Of a stretch of 64,000 nucleotides of DNA, positions 10,195 to 19,364 are shown one piece after another. Every line of letters begins with the position of its first letter. Within the stretch, counting starts at the first letter, position 1. The notes under the pieces were generated by a model. That model did not search any database. It saw nothing but the letters and a program-made list of their open reading frames with translations, and was not told the DNA's origin. Location of the stretch: assembly GCA_965217035.1 (NCBI GenBank), contig OZ244226.1, forward strand, positions 248,001 through 312,000, given 5' to 3'. Source of the DNA: Bacteriovoracaceae bacterium (GTDB lineage: Bacteria > Bdellovibrionota > Bacteriovoracia > Bacteriovoracales > Bacteriovoracaceae). Position numbers and translations under genes: made by a program.

Positions 10195-10243
10195 ACAGTT
10201 CTAAAAAAACATGCTAAGATTACCCATAATTGAGGAGATTACC

Positions 10244-11038
10244 ATGACAATTGACCAACTCTACGACAAACTTTGGAAGGATTATACCGAACTCAATCCC
10301 GATGCACTCCGAATACACGATCTTTTCAGTCAAAGAAATACGGTAGTCAATGATCACGTCGCCTTTAGAACCTTTGCTCATCCCAAAACGAATATCGAAG
10401 TCTTCTCAAAGGTTTTTAGAAAACTTGGTTATAAAGAATGTGGGGACTACCATTTTGAAGTTAAAAAACTTTATGCCAAACACTTTGAACACGAAGACCC
10501 TAACTATCCGAAAGTTTTTATTAGTGAACTCTTGATTAACAAATTTTCAGACGCTCTTCAGGAAAAGGTTTACCGCTATATTAATCAAATTCCGATTGAT
10601 GTGACTGAGTCAGATAATTTCTGCCTTTCAGGGAGAAATTGGGATCTAACCTTTCATGAATATAATTCTCTCAAAAATGAAAGTGAATACGCTGCCTGGT
10701 TAAGTGCTTTTGGTTTTCACGTTAACCACTTCACTGTTTTGATTAATAAACTAGACCAATTTGAAAATATCGCTGATGTTAATCAATTTCTCAAAGAAAA
10801 CAATTTCAAACTTAATAGCTCAGGAGGAGAGATTAAAGGTTCTCCAAGTGATCTCCTTGAGCAAAGTTCAACCCTTGCCTATAATTTTGAAATGAATTTC
10901 AGTGATGGCCCTCAGAGTATCCCTTCTTGCTATTATGAATTTGCACTCCGGTACTCAAAACCAGATGGAAATCTTTATCAAGGCTTTGTCGCAGCTTCTG
11001 CAGATAAAATCTTTGAGAGCACCGACAAAGGTCAATAA
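10244..11038 (+). CDS. DUF1338 family protein (HglS-like 2-oxoadipate dioxygenase/decarboxylase fold)
   Basis: 'NDHVAFRT', 'PKVFISEL', 'SEYAAW', 'NHFT', 'LEQSST', 'YYEFALRY'. RBS GAGGAG before ATG 10244. Confidence 0.85.
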   Translation: MTIDQLYDKLWKDYTELNPDALRIHDLFSQRNTVVNDHVAFRTFAHPKTNIEVFSKVFRKLGYKECGDYHFEVKKLYAKHFEHEDPNYPKVFISELLINKFSDALQEKVYRYINQIPIDVTESDNFCLSGRNWDLTFHEYNSLKNESEYAAWLSAFGFHVNHFTVLINKLDQFENIADVNQFLKENNFKLNSSGGEIKGSPSDLLEQSSTLAYNFEMNFSDGPQSIPSCYYEFALRYSKPDGNLYQGFVAASADKIFESTDKGQ

Positions 11039-11040
11039 AA

Positions 11041-12858
11041 CTATCGAGGAATATAATTCGAATTTTCGAAATAGAATGCCTTGAGCGTTTTTGTATCCCA
11101 CATAAGAGCCCCCATAACTCGATTAGGAGGAAGCCGTCTATAAAAGATAACCTCTTGCTCTGCTTCACCTAAAGAATTCATTTCATTCGCAACATCATCA
11201 AATCCATCAGGAGTATCCCAATGACCTTTAGGATTGAGCCCCTCATCATCGACTTCCCAATTAGCAATGGCCTCATTCTGAGGATCATAGACAATCTCAG
11301 GATTTGGTTTTTCAACCTCGATCTTTTTCTTGAACTTATTATTGTAGATGATATAGTCAGCAACAGAAAAAACTTCACTCTCTCGAGGGTCTATAAAAAA
11401 AACCACTGAATGCGGATTAGAGTTTGGTCTTTCGTACCAACCTTGAGAAAAAGATTTTCCGATATCAAAAAGTTTGCTGGTACCAAAAAAGCCTGATCTT
11501 GCTCCAGATGATCCAGAGGAACTACTTTGAATATAGTCAGCGAGCGTCACCTTAGGATTGATACCACGGTTATTTCGACCATATCTAAACAGTAGTTCTA
11601 TTCCTTCAAGGGCTTCGGCCTTTCCACTATAAGGCTTACCAAAGAAGAGAGTTTTATTATATTGAGTCACGTCTTTTGGAAGTTCAGAATAAACAACCTG
11701 ATTAGGCGGAAGATGCTGCCCTTTAATCAAGCATTGCCTATCATTAGTAATCTTAAAGTCTGAAAATGGTAAATCCTTATACTTCGTAGTTTTCTTAACT
11801 TTCATTTCTCTAAAAATTTTATACTTTTCAAAGAATGCTCTCATCTTTTCTTTTGAGGGTTTCGCCCAAGCATTATGAACTTTCTTTTTAAGGCTAAGAA
11901 GGCTCTCTGTATCTGCCCAAGTATCTGCGAGAATGACATCCATAAAAACTGATCGTTCCAAAGCATTGTAAAGAACTTGAGGAGAATTTTTAAAATCACG
12001 ATAAAAAACACGTGGAAAGTGGACTCTTGTTCCAAGTAATCTCAAGGCTATCGCGTCACCAATAAGTCTTGCCGTTCTACCATTTCCTTCCTTAAAAGGA
12101 TGAAGAAGATTAAAGTCTTGCATGGCCCTGACAATGATCCAAAGAGGATCTTCTTTCGAGCTAACCATCTTCTCAATCCGTTCGGCGTATTTTTCTATGA
12201 GACGATAATAATCTCGGGGTGATTCTCCTTTCTTCTGATAAAAAAGAGTCACACTTCCATTTGGATTTTTGACATGTGAAAAACCATAAAGTTTCTCGGC
12301 CCTCTGTAAAACCTCGGAGGAAACTTCTCCTTTTTTGAAAACAAACTTTTTTCTTTCCTTAAAAGGAAGATTCGATTTTTCAATGAATTGCTTCCCATCA
12401 TGAATATAGCGATTGGCTTCACTCGCCACCTCTACGATCAACTCTGCACTCAATGGTTTCTTTAAAAAAATAAGTTCTCTTTCTAGCTTTTGAAAAGCAG
12501 GAAAAATATTGATGGGTTTGAATTTTATCAGATTCTTTTCTCGATAAAACCCGAAACTTCCATTCAAGTTTCCATACTTAATAAGCTCATCAAAGGTAAA
12601 GTTTCGAGAGAGATTTCTTAGAAAATTAGCAATGACAATGTCATATGAGGCTCCAAAATCCCAACCGCCTTCAAGCAATTCATCTAATTGTTTTTGATTG
12701 TTTACAGGCTCAGCAATTAACTTCCCTGGGTCATTGACCATCTGAGTGACGATATCATCATTGAACTCTCGATTGATAAAATCGAGACAAGGCTCTTCAG
12801 CCCAAGAATGATTGGTAAGCACCAAAACCGGTAGAATTAAAAAAAATAGAACTTTCAC
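11041..12858 (-). CDS. Secreted Fic-domain protein with a C-terminal enterotoxin/scabin-like ART domain
   Basis: Signal peptide MKVLFFLILPVLVLTNHSWA. Fic motif HPFKEGNGRTAR. C-terminal 'SGFFGTSK' and 'EQEVIFYRRLPPNRVMGA'. Confidence 0.8.
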   Translation of the reverse strand: MKVLFFLILPVLVLTNHSWAEEPCLDFINREFNDDIVTQMVNDPGKLIAEPVNNQKQLDELLEGGWDFGASYDIVIANFLRNLSRNFTFDELIKYGNLNGSFGFYREKNLIKFKPINIFPAFQKLERELIFLKKPLSAELIVEVASEANRYIHDGKQFIEKSNLPFKERKKFVFKKGEVSSEVLQRAEKLYGFSHVKNPNGSVTLFYQKKGESPRDYYRLIEKYAERIEKMVSSKEDPLWIIVRAMQDFNLLHPFKEGNGRTARLIGDAIALRLLGTRVHFPRVFYRDFKNSPQVLYNALERSVFMDVILADTWADTESLLSLKKKVHNAWAKPSKEKMRAFFEKYKIFREMKVKKTTKYKDLPFSDFKITNDRQCLIKGQHLPPNQVVYSELPKDVTQYNKTLFFGKPYSGKAEALEGIELLFRYGRNNRGINPKVTLADYIQSSSSGSSGARSGFFGTSKLFDIGKSFSQGWYERPNSNPHSVVFFIDPRESEVFSVADYIIYNNKFKKKIEVEKPNPEIVYDPQNEAIANWEVDDEGLNPKGHWDTPDGFDDVANEMNSLGEAEQEVIFYRRLPPNRVMGALMWDTKTLKAFYFENSNYIPR

Positions 12859-12865
12859 CTTGGCT

Positions 12866-12892
12866 TTATCGGAAGTTTTTTTAAAAGAAATA
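12866..12892 (-). promoter_or_regulatory. Sigma-28-like -10 element immediately before the Fic-ART GTG
   Basis: TCCGATAA, then 7 nt, then GTG; the -35 match is poor (TATT). Confidence 0.5.
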
Positions 12893-12969
12893 AAAAAACC
12901 TCGGAAGCTCTAGGGGGTGTTGTCTTCCGAGGCTAAATACAAGTTCCGAAGTGGGTTTCCGAATAACTT
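12892..12969 (-). ncRNA. Candidate ~78-nt small RNA or attenuator leader with two C-rich-loop hairpins and an intrinsic terminator
   Basis: Hairpin 1 is AAGU(UA)UUCGGA-AACCCAC-UUCGGA-ACUU. Hairpin 2 is CCUCGGAAG-ACAACACCCCCUAGAG-CUUCCGAGG followed by U7. A sigma-28 promoter lies directly upstream and there is no ORF. Confidence 0.65.
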
Positions 12970-12976
12970 ACTAGCT

Positions 12977-13003
12977 TTATCGGATAAATTCCCTAGAACT
13001 TTA
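12977..13003 (-). promoter_or_regulatory. Sigma-28-like promoter
   Basis: TAAA-N15-TCCGATAA, one mismatch to consensus with canonical spacing. Confidence 0.75.
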
Positions 13004-13140
13004 GCATTAAAGTCAGAAATGGCTTGTTTTGACCTGATTTCAGCAAGTTAAGATGTAAGAAAAATCTTATTGAAAAGATATGATACTTTGCTTAACTTAT
13101 TTATACATAAGATTTATTTTTGCGCCTCAAGGAACCAGGC

Positions 13141-14022
13141 ATGCATCTAGTTGGAATTGTTACTCTCTCCCTCTTAATCACCTCGATCAACTCCTTTGCT
13201 TTCCCTAAATTCAAATATTACGGCAAAAGCTTTTATGAGTTAGGACTTGATACAAAAGCTCCTTCTGTCACTCCTAAAGAAGGAAAGAAGATTTTAAGAA
13301 CGATTTTGGGTCGTTTTCACCAGGAAACAAATGGCTATGACAAAATCGTTAAAGAATGTGAAGTCGGAGCGACTTGTTACCGTCAAAAGAAATTAGACTA
13401 CCGCTTTGAGGTAAGACCTTCGGTTATGGCAATGATTGATTCCGATAAAATAGACGGCCATCCGGATAACAGTAAGCAGCGTATTGTCAGAACTCCTTAT
13501 TGCAACAAAACATACAAAGTAAAAAAAACAGACCAAGGATATAAATTCCCTCATCATAATTCTTTTAATGTTGAACACACTTTCCCAAAATCACGTTTCA
13601 AAAAACATAGGAATTATGGTTTGATGGTTGGTGATCTTCATAATCTTTATCCCGTTCACTCTGATACTAATCATCTGCGGAGCAGTTATTTCTTTAATAA
13701 TCTTGCAGATGAAGATGAGATCAGTTTTTGTAAATCAAGCAAATTTGGTCAAATCGACGGACGTTTCTTTTTTGAGCCACCAACTACTCATAAGGGAAAT
13801 GTCGCTCGGGCCATGATGTATTTCTCTTTGCGCTATAATCTTCCTCTTAAAAAGAAAGAATTAGAAATCCTACTTGATTGGCACAAAGTTGATAAACCAG
13901 ACGAAAAAGAAAAAAGACGAGCACAAAGAATCTTTAAACTCCAAAAAAATCGAAATCCATTTATTGATTACCCGACTTTAGCGGAGTTCTTAGGAAGTAC
14001 ATTATTAAGCACGAGTCGATAA
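13141..14022 (+). CDS. Secreted endonuclease I family (His-Me finger) nuclease
   Basis: Signal peptide; 'NVEHTFPKS', 'DLHNLYPV..TNHLRSS', 'KGNVARAMMYFSLRY', 'QKNRNPFID'. Confidence 0.92.
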   Translation: MHLVGIVTLSLLITSINSFAFPKFKYYGKSFYELGLDTKAPSVTPKEGKKILRTILGRFHQETNGYDKIVKECEVGATCYRQKKLDYRFEVRPSVMAMIDSDKIDGHPDNSKQRIVRTPYCNKTYKVKKTDQGYKFPHHNSFNVEHTFPKSRFKKHRNYGLMVGDLHNLYPVHSDTNHLRSSYFFNNLADEDEISFCKSSKFGQIDGRFFFEPPTTHKGNVARAMMYFSLRYNLPLKKKELEILLDWHKVDKPDEKEKRRAQRIFKLQKNRNPFIDYPTLAEFLGSTLLSTSR

Positions 14023-14034
14023 GGATATTACTCG

Positions 14035-15030
14035 ATGATCGAAAATTTATGTATCATTGAAATAGGCTCTAATGCCGTCCGTGCGCAATTCTCAAAAATC
14101 AATCGAAACTCATACGAATACAGTGACCGTATTCGTTATCAAGTTCGTTTAGGTGAAGATGTTTTCAAATTTGGCTCCATCTCAAAAGAGAAAAAGGAAA
14201 AACTGCTCAACTCTTTTTTAAAGATTCTTTTTGAATGTTCTCAAAGAGATACTAAGACAATTATTGCAATTGGAACAAGTGCTTTGAGAAGTGCTAAGAA
14301 TCGACGTGAAGTTGTCCATTACATAAAAAGAAAAACAGGAGTTCCTATTCACTTTATTCCTGGAAAAGAAGAAGCTTATTGGGTTCATCAAGCTATTAAC
14401 AACCTCACCCCCTTGTCTGAAAAGCGTTCATTACTAATCGATATCGGTGGAGGAAGTACAGAACTCATTGTTCACAAGAACAACAAACTCCATGATTTAG
14501 AGAGTTTTCCCTTGGGAACAGTTCGATGCCTTCAATATAAAACTCTTGAGAAAATGGAAGACTTTATCGATAAACAACTTGAAGCAGTCAGTAGCTTTCT
14601 TGCTGAAACGGACTGTCATGACTCTTGTCATGGTCTTGTTGGAATTGGGGGGAACCTGAGGCGAATCGGAAAACTTGGTAAAACACTCTTTGGAAATAAA
14701 ATTGCGACAAAGATAAGTGTTTCTCAAGTCGAAGAACTCTACTCTCTTCTTAATAAACTAAGCTACCAACAAAGAATTCAATACCTTGGGCTTCGAGAAG
14801 ACCGAGCCGATGTTCTTATTCCCGCCATCTATATTGTTTTGAATATCATGTGGGAGACAGAATGCGCTCAACTCAAGGTTCCTCGAATTTCAATTTCTGA
14901 TGGTTTATGTACTTTACTCGCAAAAGCTCAGCTTACGAGTGATGAAAAACGCATGCAAAGAGAACTCCTTCAAAATTATGCTTACCGACCGAAATTTCAG
15001 ATTCCGAAGGTTTTAAAAGCCTATTTATAA
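14035..15030 (+). CDS. ppx: Ppx/GppA exopolyphosphatase
   Basis: 'IEIGSNAVR', 'GTSALRSAKN', 'GKEEA', 'DIGGGSTE', 'DRADVLIP'. Confidence 0.9.
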   Translation: MIENLCIIEIGSNAVRAQFSKINRNSYEYSDRIRYQVRLGEDVFKFGSISKEKKEKLLNSFLKILFECSQRDTKTIIAIGTSALRSAKNRREVVHYIKRKTGVPIHFIPGKEEAYWVHQAINNLTPLSEKRSLLIDIGGGSTELIVHKNNKLHDLESFPLGTVRCLQYKTLEKMEDFIDKQLEAVSSFLAETDCHDSCHGLVGIGGNLRRIGKLGKTLFGNKIATKISVSQVEELYSLLNKLSYQQRIQYLGLREDRADVLIPAIYIVLNIMWETECAQLKVPRISISDGLCTLLAKAQLTSDEKRMQRELLQNYAYRPKFQIPKVLKAYL

Positions 15031-15031
15031 T

Positions 15032-17098
15032 CTACTGGTGCTTTAAGAGATAAAATTTCTGTAAATTTTCTTGAGACCCCGACACTTTCGTATCACGCCA
15101 TTTTGAAGGTTTAGAATATTTTCCACTCGGTTCTAGCTTCCAAGACTGGACCTTATCTTCGATGAGAAATTCAAGAATCGTCTCTAAAATGGCCTTGTGA
15201 TCAGGATGCTTAATTGGGGTAATGATCTCAACACGATTATTGAGATTTCTATACATCCAATCAGCACTTCCAATATAGAAATCACCTTCTTTCATTTTAT
15301 CCTTACCACGTCCGAAAAAATAAATACGAGAATGCTCTAAGAAACGACCAATAACGGAATAAACTTCAATATTATCACTGACTCCTTTAATTCCTGGAAC
15401 GAGTGAACAGAAACCTCGAACAAAAAGGGTAATCTCGACTCCCGCTTGGCTTGCTTTATAAAGCTTCTCAATCATCTCTTTATCTTCGAGACTATTCATC
15501 TTGGCAATAATTCGACCGGGTTTTCCTTTTTTTACATAATTCACTTCATCTTGAATGAGCTTAAAGAACCGTTCTTTCATATTCAGAGGGGCCACGAGAA
15601 GAGAATTATACTCTTTATGAGGTGCTCGACTTGTTAGGTAATTAAACAAATACATGAGATCATGAGTAATATCTGGATCAGTCGTTAAAAGTCCGAGGTC
15701 TGTATAGAAATTTGATGTCACGGTATGATAATTCCCTGTTCCGATATGAGCATAGATTTGGTTTCCATCCTCTTCTTCACGGATGATCATCATGACCTTT
15801 GAATGGGTCTTATAACCAACAAGTCCGTAAACCACATGAATCCCAACATTTTCCATAATTTGGGCCCAACGGATATTTCTTTTTTCATCAAAACGCGCCT
15901 GCAGTTCAACCAAACAAACAACTTGTTTCCCTTTTTCAGCTGCCTGAATCAAGGCATCCACAATCGGGCTTTCATCCCCTGTTCGATAAAGAGTGATTTT
16001 AATGGCCAGAACCTTGGGATCATTAGCCGCTTCGCGAATAAACTTTTCGACAGTAAATTTAAAACTTTCATAAGGGTGATGAACCAACATATCACCCCGA
16101 TTGAGAACATCAAAGATACTAATATTTCGAGTTTTCATAGGAACAATAGGACGCCAAAGTCCATATTTTAAATCAGGACGATCAACATTCAAGACAGGCT
16201 TAAGTGAAGTAAAGTCAATCGGTGGTTCCACTTCAAAAATATCATCTTGATGAAGAGAAAGTTCACTTCTCAAAAAATCAATGAGCCAAGGGTCTCCTCC
16301 TTGAAGAATCTCCAATCGAACAGCTTCAGCAAACTTCCGCTCTTTAAGGGCCTCCGAAATATGAACCATTAAATCTTCAGTGTCTTCATCTTCTGTATCG
16401 AGGACAGCATTTCTGGTCACTCGGAAAAGTAGACTCCCAAGTACCTTCATTCCCGGGTAAAGTTCTTTTAGATTATTCCGAAGAACTTGAGTCACAGAAA
16501 TAAAACTCTTCTGTTCTCCATCTTCAACTTGAATCCACCATGGTAAATGAGTTGGTATTTTAATCCTCGAAAAAACGAAATCATAAGAAGACTTCTTCTT
16601 CACTTTTAATTTTACTGCTAATGAAGTAGAGAAGTTAGAAATAAAAGGGAAAGGATGACTCGGATCAACCGTCAATGGAGTTAATACCGGAAAAACTCTG
16701 TCAAAGAAATACTCTTTTGCTTTTTTCTTCTGAGAGGAACTTAGTTCCTCCCATTTTAAGAAAAAAATTTTTTCAGACTTCAACTCAGTTTGAATCTCTT
16801 CATAAATCGCATGTTGAGTTTCAAGATCCTTTTGTACTATTTCTCTAATCTTTTTGATCTGTTCTTTTGGGGTCATTCCGTCAATCGACATAATCGCCGC
16901 ACGTGACTGTATTTGCTTTTTCAGTCCACCAACTCGCTTCATAAAAAATTCATCAAGGTTCGATGTAAAGATCGAAAGGAATCTTAAACGCTCTAAAAGA
17001 GGATGCCCCTTATACTGAGCTTGTAATAGGACTCTGCGATTAAAAGCTAACCAACTGACTTCCCTATTAAAGTATTTTAAGCTCAGCCCTGAATTCAT
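15032..17098 (-). CDS. ppk1: Polyphosphate kinase 1
   Basis: 'NREVSWLAFNRRVL', 'SNLDEFFMKRV', 'HHPYESF', 'KTHSK', 'GTGNY', 'RFLEHSR', 'SADWMYRNL'. Confidence 0.97.
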   Translation of the reverse strand: MNSGLSLKYFNREVSWLAFNRRVLLQAQYKGHPLLERLRFLSIFTSNLDEFFMKRVGGLKKQIQSRAAIMSIDGMTPKEQIKKIREIVQKDLETQHAIYEEIQTELKSEKIFFLKWEELSSSQKKKAKEYFFDRVFPVLTPLTVDPSHPFPFISNFSTSLAVKLKVKKKSSYDFVFSRIKIPTHLPWWIQVEDGEQKSFISVTQVLRNNLKELYPGMKVLGSLLFRVTRNAVLDTEDEDTEDLMVHISEALKERKFAEAVRLEILQGGDPWLIDFLRSELSLHQDDIFEVEPPIDFTSLKPVLNVDRPDLKYGLWRPIVPMKTRNISIFDVLNRGDMLVHHPYESFKFTVEKFIREAANDPKVLAIKITLYRTGDESPIVDALIQAAEKGKQVVCLVELQARFDEKRNIRWAQIMENVGIHVVYGLVGYKTHSKVMMIIREEEDGNQIYAHIGTGNYHTVTSNFYTDLGLLTTDPDITHDLMYLFNYLTSRAPHKEYNSLLVAPLNMKERFFKLIQDEVNYVKKGKPGRIIAKMNSLEDKEMIEKLYKASQAGVEITLFVRGFCSLVPGIKGVSDNIEVYSVIGRFLEHSRIYFFGRGKDKMKEGDFYIGSADWMYRNLNNRVEIITPIKHPDHKAILETILEFLIEDKVQSWKLEPSGKYSKPSKWRDTKVSGSQENLQKFYLLKHQ

Positions 17099-17100
17099 CT

Positions 17101-18525
17101 TTAAGTTTCTTGTAATTTCCTAATTTTATAACCAAATCCAGCAACAAAAGCCGAAACAATAGGACTCACTAAATTAAAAAAGCAATAAGGCAGATAGGCT
17201 AAAGTTGGAACACCTAAAATCCCACTAAAATAAGCTCCACCCGAATTCCAAGGAACTAAAACTGATGTAACGGTACCACCGTCCTCAAGTGTTCTTGAAA
17301 GATTCACAGGATGAAGTCCGTAATCCTCATAAGCACTTCTAAACATTCTTCCCGCAACTACGATTGAAAGGTATTGATCAGATGCTGTTAAGTTTAAAAA
17401 GATACAACTTGAAAGAGTTGAAGCAACTAAACTTCCAGTTCCTTTTACAAGTGAAAGTAAAGCAGCGGCCAATGCTTGAAGATAACCACAAGCTTCCATC
17501 ATACCGCCAAAAAACATAGACATCATAATAAGCCAAACAGTAGAAAGCATTCCCGACATTCCACCTCGAGAGAAAAGCGAATCGACAAACTCGTTTCCTG
17601 ATCTACTTTCAAATCCATCAGCTGCAACTTTGATAATTGTTTCATACGAAGTTGGTGTTGTTAAAAGATCTCCCTGAAAGATGACAGCAAGGATTGCTCC
17701 TGTTAAAGCACCAATCATCATTGATGGAAGTGCTGGAAATTTTTTATAAACCATGAAAAGAACGAGTGCCGGTGCAATAAAAAGGACTGGCGTTATATTA
17801 AATTGAGTTTCAATCGTCGAAAGAACTTCAGTAACCTGTGTCGAATCAATAGTATCAGCAGAAAACTGAAATCCAATCACAGTAAAAAGAATCAAGGCAA
17901 TTGAGATCGAAGGAACAGTTGTTATGAGCAGATAGCGAATATGATCAAAAAGATTTGATCCCGCCATCGCTGGCGCTAAATTTGTTGTATCAGAAAGCGG
18001 AGAAAGCTTGTCTCCAAAATAACTCCCACTAATAATGGCCCCTGCGACCATCGGAAGTGGGATGCCTAAAGTATTTCCGATTCCAATAAAGGCAATTCCA
18101 ACCGTTCCACCTGTAGACCAACTACTTCCAGTTGAAAGAGAAACAAGGCAACAAATTAAACAAGCTGTTGGTAAGAAAAACTGCGGGCTCATCAAGTTTA
18201 TCCCATAATAGATCATTGTTGGAACAACACCAGAAAGAATCCAAAGACCAATCAAACTTCCAACACACAGAAGGATTAAAATGGCCTGAAGTGAGTGGCG
18301 AATCGAATTAATGGCCGTTGTTTCAAGCTCTGAATATTTCACCTTTCGCTTTAAAACTCCCATCAGTGCAACAAAGAAACCAGAAATCGCTAGTGCTAGC
18401 TGATTCGGACCTCCTGTCGCATTGTCGCCGTAAATTTTGACATTGATGATTAGAAGAGTAACCAGAAGAATAACTGGAAGCACTGCTTCTCCAATAGCGG
18501 GCAACCCTTTTTTCTTTTCACTCAT
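17101..18525 (-). CDS. nhaC: NhaC family Na+/H+ antiporter
   Basis: 'STGSSWST', 'GAIISGSYFGDKLSPLSDTTNLA', 'SRTLED', 'LVPWN'. Start reassigned to ATG 18525. Confidence 0.92.
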   Translation of the reverse strand: MSEKKKGLPAIGEAVLPVILLVTLLIINVKIYGDNATGGPNQLALAISGFFVALMGVLKRKVKYSELETTAINSIRHSLQAILILLCVGSLIGLWILSGVVPTMIYYGINLMSPQFFLPTACLICCLVSLSTGSSWSTGGTVGIAFIGIGNTLGIPLPMVAGAIISGSYFGDKLSPLSDTTNLAPAMAGSNLFDHIRYLLITTVPSISIALILFTVIGFQFSADTIDSTQVTEVLSTIETQFNITPVLFIAPALVLFMVYKKFPALPSMMIGALTGAILAVIFQGDLLTTPTSYETIIKVAADGFESRSGNEFVDSLFSRGGMSGMLSTVWLIMMSMFFGGMMEACGYLQALAAALLSLVKGTGSLVASTLSSCIFLNLTASDQYLSIVVAGRMFRSAYEDYGLHPVNLSRTLEDGGTVTSVLVPWNSGGAYFSGILGVPTLAYLPYCFFNLVSPIVSAFVAGFGYKIRKLQET

Positions 18526-18610
18526 AAATTCTTCCCTTTCTACCAGTTCAGTGTCAGAAAACTCACACTTTTGACAATTCCTTTCATCTTTGACACTATG
18601 CCAATATCGT

Positions 18611-18823
18611 ATGAGATTACTAATTGCTTTAATTACCACATTGAGCTTTTCTGTTTACAGTATTCCGCATAATACTGAAGACGAACTCAATAACAATCTA
18701 TCAGCTTCAACTGACTCCGTCGAAAAATCTTTGGAATCTCAAGAGGATAAGGCTAAATCTGAGCTTGAGGAACAACAATTCGCTGGGATTATGTTAACTC
18801 TTAAGGAGCTCAATGAGCTCTAG
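18611..18823 (+). CDS. Small secreted acidic hypothetical protein
   Basis: Signal peptide MRLLIALITTLSFSVYS; TTGACA-N17-CACTAT upstream; overlaps the start of the next gene. Confidence 0.6.
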   Translation: MRLLIALITTLSFSVYSIPHNTEDELNNNLSASTDSVEKSLESQEDKAKSELEEQQFAGIMLTLKELNEL

Positions 18824-19361
18824 AAACTCCTTCTCATTAGGAGTTTTCTGTTCTGCTAGTAAAGAAGTTCCACAAAATTATTTTGACCGGACCCGTCGCT
18901 TTGGTGAACGTATAGCTCAGTCCGAGATGGACCTGGTTTATGGCGGTGCCCAGATTGGCTTGATGGGTGAACTTGCTGATGCATGCTTAAAGGCCAATGG
19001 TTATGTCTGTGGGGTGATTCCAGATTTTATCAAAGAAAGGGAACTTGGCCATGAGGGTGTTCAAGAACTCATCTTGACCAACACGATGCACCAAAGAAAA
19101 GAAGTCATTTACGAACGCTCTGATGCTATTGCTGTTCTTCCTGGTGGACTCGGAACTCTTGATGAAGCCTTTGAGTTTATGACCTGGAATCAGCTAGATC
19201 TTCATAATAAAAAAATTGCTTTTCTTAACTGGGACAGGTTTTTCGATCCGATCCAACAGTTCTGCGATCGGGCCAGAGAAGAAAAGTTTTTAAAGGTTTA
19301 TGATAATTTCGAACCAAGATTTTTTGAAGATGACGAGAGCTTCTTCCAATGGCTAAAATAA
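18813..19361 (+). CDS. LOG family nucleotide phosphoribohydrolase (TIGR00730)
   Basis: 'LVYGG..GLMG', 'MHQRK', 'PGGLGTLDE'. Confidence 0.93.
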   Translation: MSSRNSFSLGVFCSASKEVPQNYFDRTRRFGERIAQSEMDLVYGGAQIGLMGELADACLKANGYVCGVIPDFIKERELGHEGVQELILTNTMHQRKEVIYERSDAIAVLPGGLGTLDEAFEFMTWNQLDLHNKKIAFLNWDRFFDPIQQFCDRAREEKFLKVYDNFEPRFFEDDESFFQWLK

Positions 19362-19364
19362 ATA

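Noticed and set aside
12892..12969. c-di-GMP riboswitch (merRNA-like) identity for the small RNA
   Set aside because: I could not see the GEMM architecture (GNRA tetraloop/receptor and conserved junction); the loops are C-rich instead.
18526..18639. N-terminal extensions in the ORF track (nhaC; also prkA, 3128, 8665, 20817, 34730, 40436, 40836, 43647, 48094, 53645)
   Set aside because: Downstream starts have a better SD, signal peptide or family-typical N-terminus.
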